From Dudresnaya verticillata (Eukaryota): 64,000 bases of DNA. This document shows, in pieces, positions 61,207-64,000 of this stretch. The stretch covers positions 248,001 to 312,000 of the forward strand of contig OZ374565.1 in NCBI GenBank assembly GCA_977862235.1, read 5' to 3'. The notes beneath the pieces were generated by a model. It made no database searches, was not told the DNA's origin, and saw nothing but the letters and a program-made list of their open reading frames with translations. A program made the position numbers and the translations under genes. Position 1 is the first letter of the stretch, and every line of letters starts with the position of its first letter.

Positions 61207-63537
61207 TCAGTCCGAGTCAGAGTCCATTAGGTCAATGACTTCGTTTGGGCGCAACGGCGGATTCGCAACGGGGCCTTGCCCTGGCATCATGGTCACGCGA
61301 CGGACCTCGCGTACCATGCGACGACCGCGGCCGCGCCGAGCTCCGACTCCCCGCGCCGTAACTTCACCACCCGCCTCGCTAGGCCCGGCATCTCCATCGC
61401 CAGACGGCGCGTCACCCTCCTGGACACCCATGTCCTCTTCCTAGAGCTCCTCCTTGAGCAGCAGCTCCGTCTTGACAATAACCTCTTGCGGCTCAGCCGC
61501 CGCCGGGGGAGATTCAACGGCGTTAGCAGGAAGGGTCAGCTCGAGTTGCAAACCATGGCCAGCGGGCACTTCTGGCACGGGTAGGTTGACCGTTACCTCC
61601 ATGGGTGAAGAAGTCGGGGCGCTCTCCTCAACGGCTCCTACCGCCAGCTGCGAAGCTGCAGCGGTTGGAGAATTGGTATGCGGACCCGAGGTAGCGACGG
61701 AAGACCCTTCACGCGGAACAGCGGATGTATCGGCAAGCGTGCCCTCGCGCGGATCCGCACCCTGTCTACCACCGACTGGTGCCACGGGAGCACCCATACT
61801 TGGCAGCGAAACAGCGCGACGGTCTTGATGACCCAAGCCCAAACGGGAACGGCGCTGAAGTCGCGGGTCTCTTGAAACGGAAGCGGAAGCTGAGGCGCTC
61901 GGCGCGCTCGCCGCAGCTGAAGGATCTGCCACAGCGGAACCCAACACACTCGGCGCGCTCGCCGCAGCCGAAGGACCTGGAGCCACGGCACTCGTCGGAG
62001 CTTCCTGAGCCTGCTCCGACTCCACGACGGTCTGCTGACCGATAGGCGGAAGCGCGGCTAACGACGCCTTCAACGCCTCGATGGGCCCCGGTGAGCTCAC
62101 CCAGTTCGACTCATAGTTGCAAAGGACGTCTTCGACCCAATCCGCGAGACTGTAGAGAGTCAGATGGGTCACCTCCCAATGGACAGCCAAGCGGATGGCG
62201 AGACCTCGACGGTTGAATAAGTCCCGAATGGCGGCATCAGCCCTTGCGACGTTTCGCACTCTGGGTGCGTACGGACCCTGGGGCTGTCCCGACACAGTAG
62301 TGTCCATCGGCGGCACGTCAGCCGGAGTCGCGGGAGCCTCGCCGGAAGCACTATGCCAGTCTTCGGTGTAACCAGTCATGCGCTCACCGGTGTCAACGAG
62401 AAGCGTCTCACCTTCGGCGGGTTGCGGTTGCAGCAGATACTACGGTAGGAGAGGGTGCCACTGCACCGGGTCGAAGTCGACCCAATCACCACGGTCGTAC
62501 ACCGGCGTCACAAACCCGGTATCCTCCGGAAGGTAGCGATTGCGCTTGCTCACACGACTCCAACGAATGCGTTCGACGAACACGAGGAGCGCCTCCAAAT
62601 CCGTAGCGTCGACAGCTGTCGTGGTGAGTAGGCCAATTCCAAGTCCCCGGATCTCGGTGCGCAGACGTGCGTTGATGTAATACAAGTACCCCCGACGGGC
62701 TTCATACATGAAGGTCTGCGCCACCATCACCACCCATTCGCTACGGAAGATCATCCACAAGAGGCCATGATGATAGCTTTCGTGCATCATATCAAGGCCT
62801 CTATACGCCACGACTGGGGGTGTGCCGACAGGCATGGAGTAGGAAACTTCGTACTCACGATGATCCGTGGGAATAGGGACGTACTTCCCCGTGTAGAACT
62901 CGGGCTTGATGGCCACCACTTCTTGGCAGTGCGCCGGCACGAAGCACCCGGTCCGATGACGATGACGACGCTCGAAGCGAAGGAGCTCGCGAGACATCAC
63001 TGTCTGCGGATTGTCCAATGCGTACTTGAAGTTGGACGTCTCGTCCCACCACGTAATGCGCGCCATCGTGAATGGATAGTTATCCCGACCGGGGCGGATG
63101 AGTGGTCGTTCAAAAGCGACCAACTCCAGGCTGTAGCCTCCCTTCGCGTGGAACTCAATCAGCTCCGGCATGGACTCCATGAAGGCTTGAGAGTGGTGCT
63201 CCACGTAACGTTGCTCGAAGAGGATGCGCACCATCGCGAGGTCCCACTTGTGGTTCGTTGGCAACGGCGGAAGCGCGATATTGGTCCCTCGCAGGATACC
63301 AATTCGCTCACGAATGAGAAACTCCCACGAGCGGGCTTGAGCGCGATGACGGCCATAACGGCGGATATCTTCACGACGCGCACCGGCGGTGGCCCGAATA
63401 TGGGTGAGGTCCGTTCGGAGCAGCCAGTCGCGGCTCTTCGTGATAGACAAAGGCACACCTGCCGCATCAACGCCAAACCCGAGGACAGCCGAGCTAGAGC
63501 CCGCCTGCCCATACGGGAGGTTGGGAGTCGTCGCCAT
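61207..63537 (-). pseudogene. Element B antisense accessory ORF, second copy
   Basis: Duplicate of 17033..19363 with the same two TAG stops. Confidence 0.75.
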
Positions 63538-64000
63538 GCGGGCCGAAAAGAGTAGTGAAGCGGAGCGCCGCGCGGATGAGATCTTCTACTTGAGTTCTTC
63601 TCCCTGAAGCTTGAAAACTTGAAGGTCTTCTGCCTGAGGTCTTCTACCTGAAAGCTTGAGCCTGAGACTTGATGGTCTTCTCCCTGAGATTCTTGAAGGT
63701 GTAGCAACACCGGCACAACCGGCCGCGCCAACAAGGCGATGAGAAGCGACGGCGAAGCGCGCAGTCGCGTGAGCACCGCTCCGAAGCAGCTCGCGGAAGC
63801 GCCGCTGCGTACGACGCCGTGCAGGGAAGGGCGAGCGCGATTCGCGTTATGAAAGGAAAGACGCGCACGCCGCGTGGGAGTAATGAAGGATGAAGGCCGG
63901 AGGGCGACAAAGGAGGAGAGAGAAGGAAGCCGATGGCGCAGCGCAGCTGGGAACGTTGAAGAGCGTTGAGTTGCTGCGGGCTGTTGATGCCGAGACGTGA

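Larger units (their letters stand above)
40778..64000 (+). repeat. Copy 2 of the segmental duplication (runs off the window)
   Basis: Position 64000 corresponds to 19826. Confidence 0.97.

Overview
Eukaryotic, intron-poor, retrotransposon-rich DNA. Gene and element style suggest a red alga (Florideophyte-like); that is an inference. About 45 kb is nested, degenerate Ty3/Gypsy-type LTR retroelement sequence, and 1..19826 recurs almost identically at 40778..64000 (40,777-bp offset). Host-like genes: a frameshifted, TE-interrupted RRP5 pseudogene (28932..35200, -), an intact secreted double-vWA protein gene (35949..37697, -) and an unknown 194-aa ORF (40285..40869). Main observations: (1) a 7-10 kb insertion in an RT gene with a perfect 5-bp TSD and TG..CA ends but 435-bp INVERTED termini (two LTR 5' ends facing outward), rearranged differently in the two copies, only one of which keeps an integrase-chromodomain; (2) inside it, a non-coding LTR element carrying a ~2.5-kb array of ~50 palindromic CGTC-N3-GACG motifs at ~51-bp spacing with variable spacers; (3) two different LTR families carry ~700-780-codon antisense ORFs next to the 3' LTR that share motifs, suggesting an unrecognised accessory protein family; (4) a 197-bp TG-ended insertion with tRNA-like A/B boxes. 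All boundaries, counts and alignments were read by eye.
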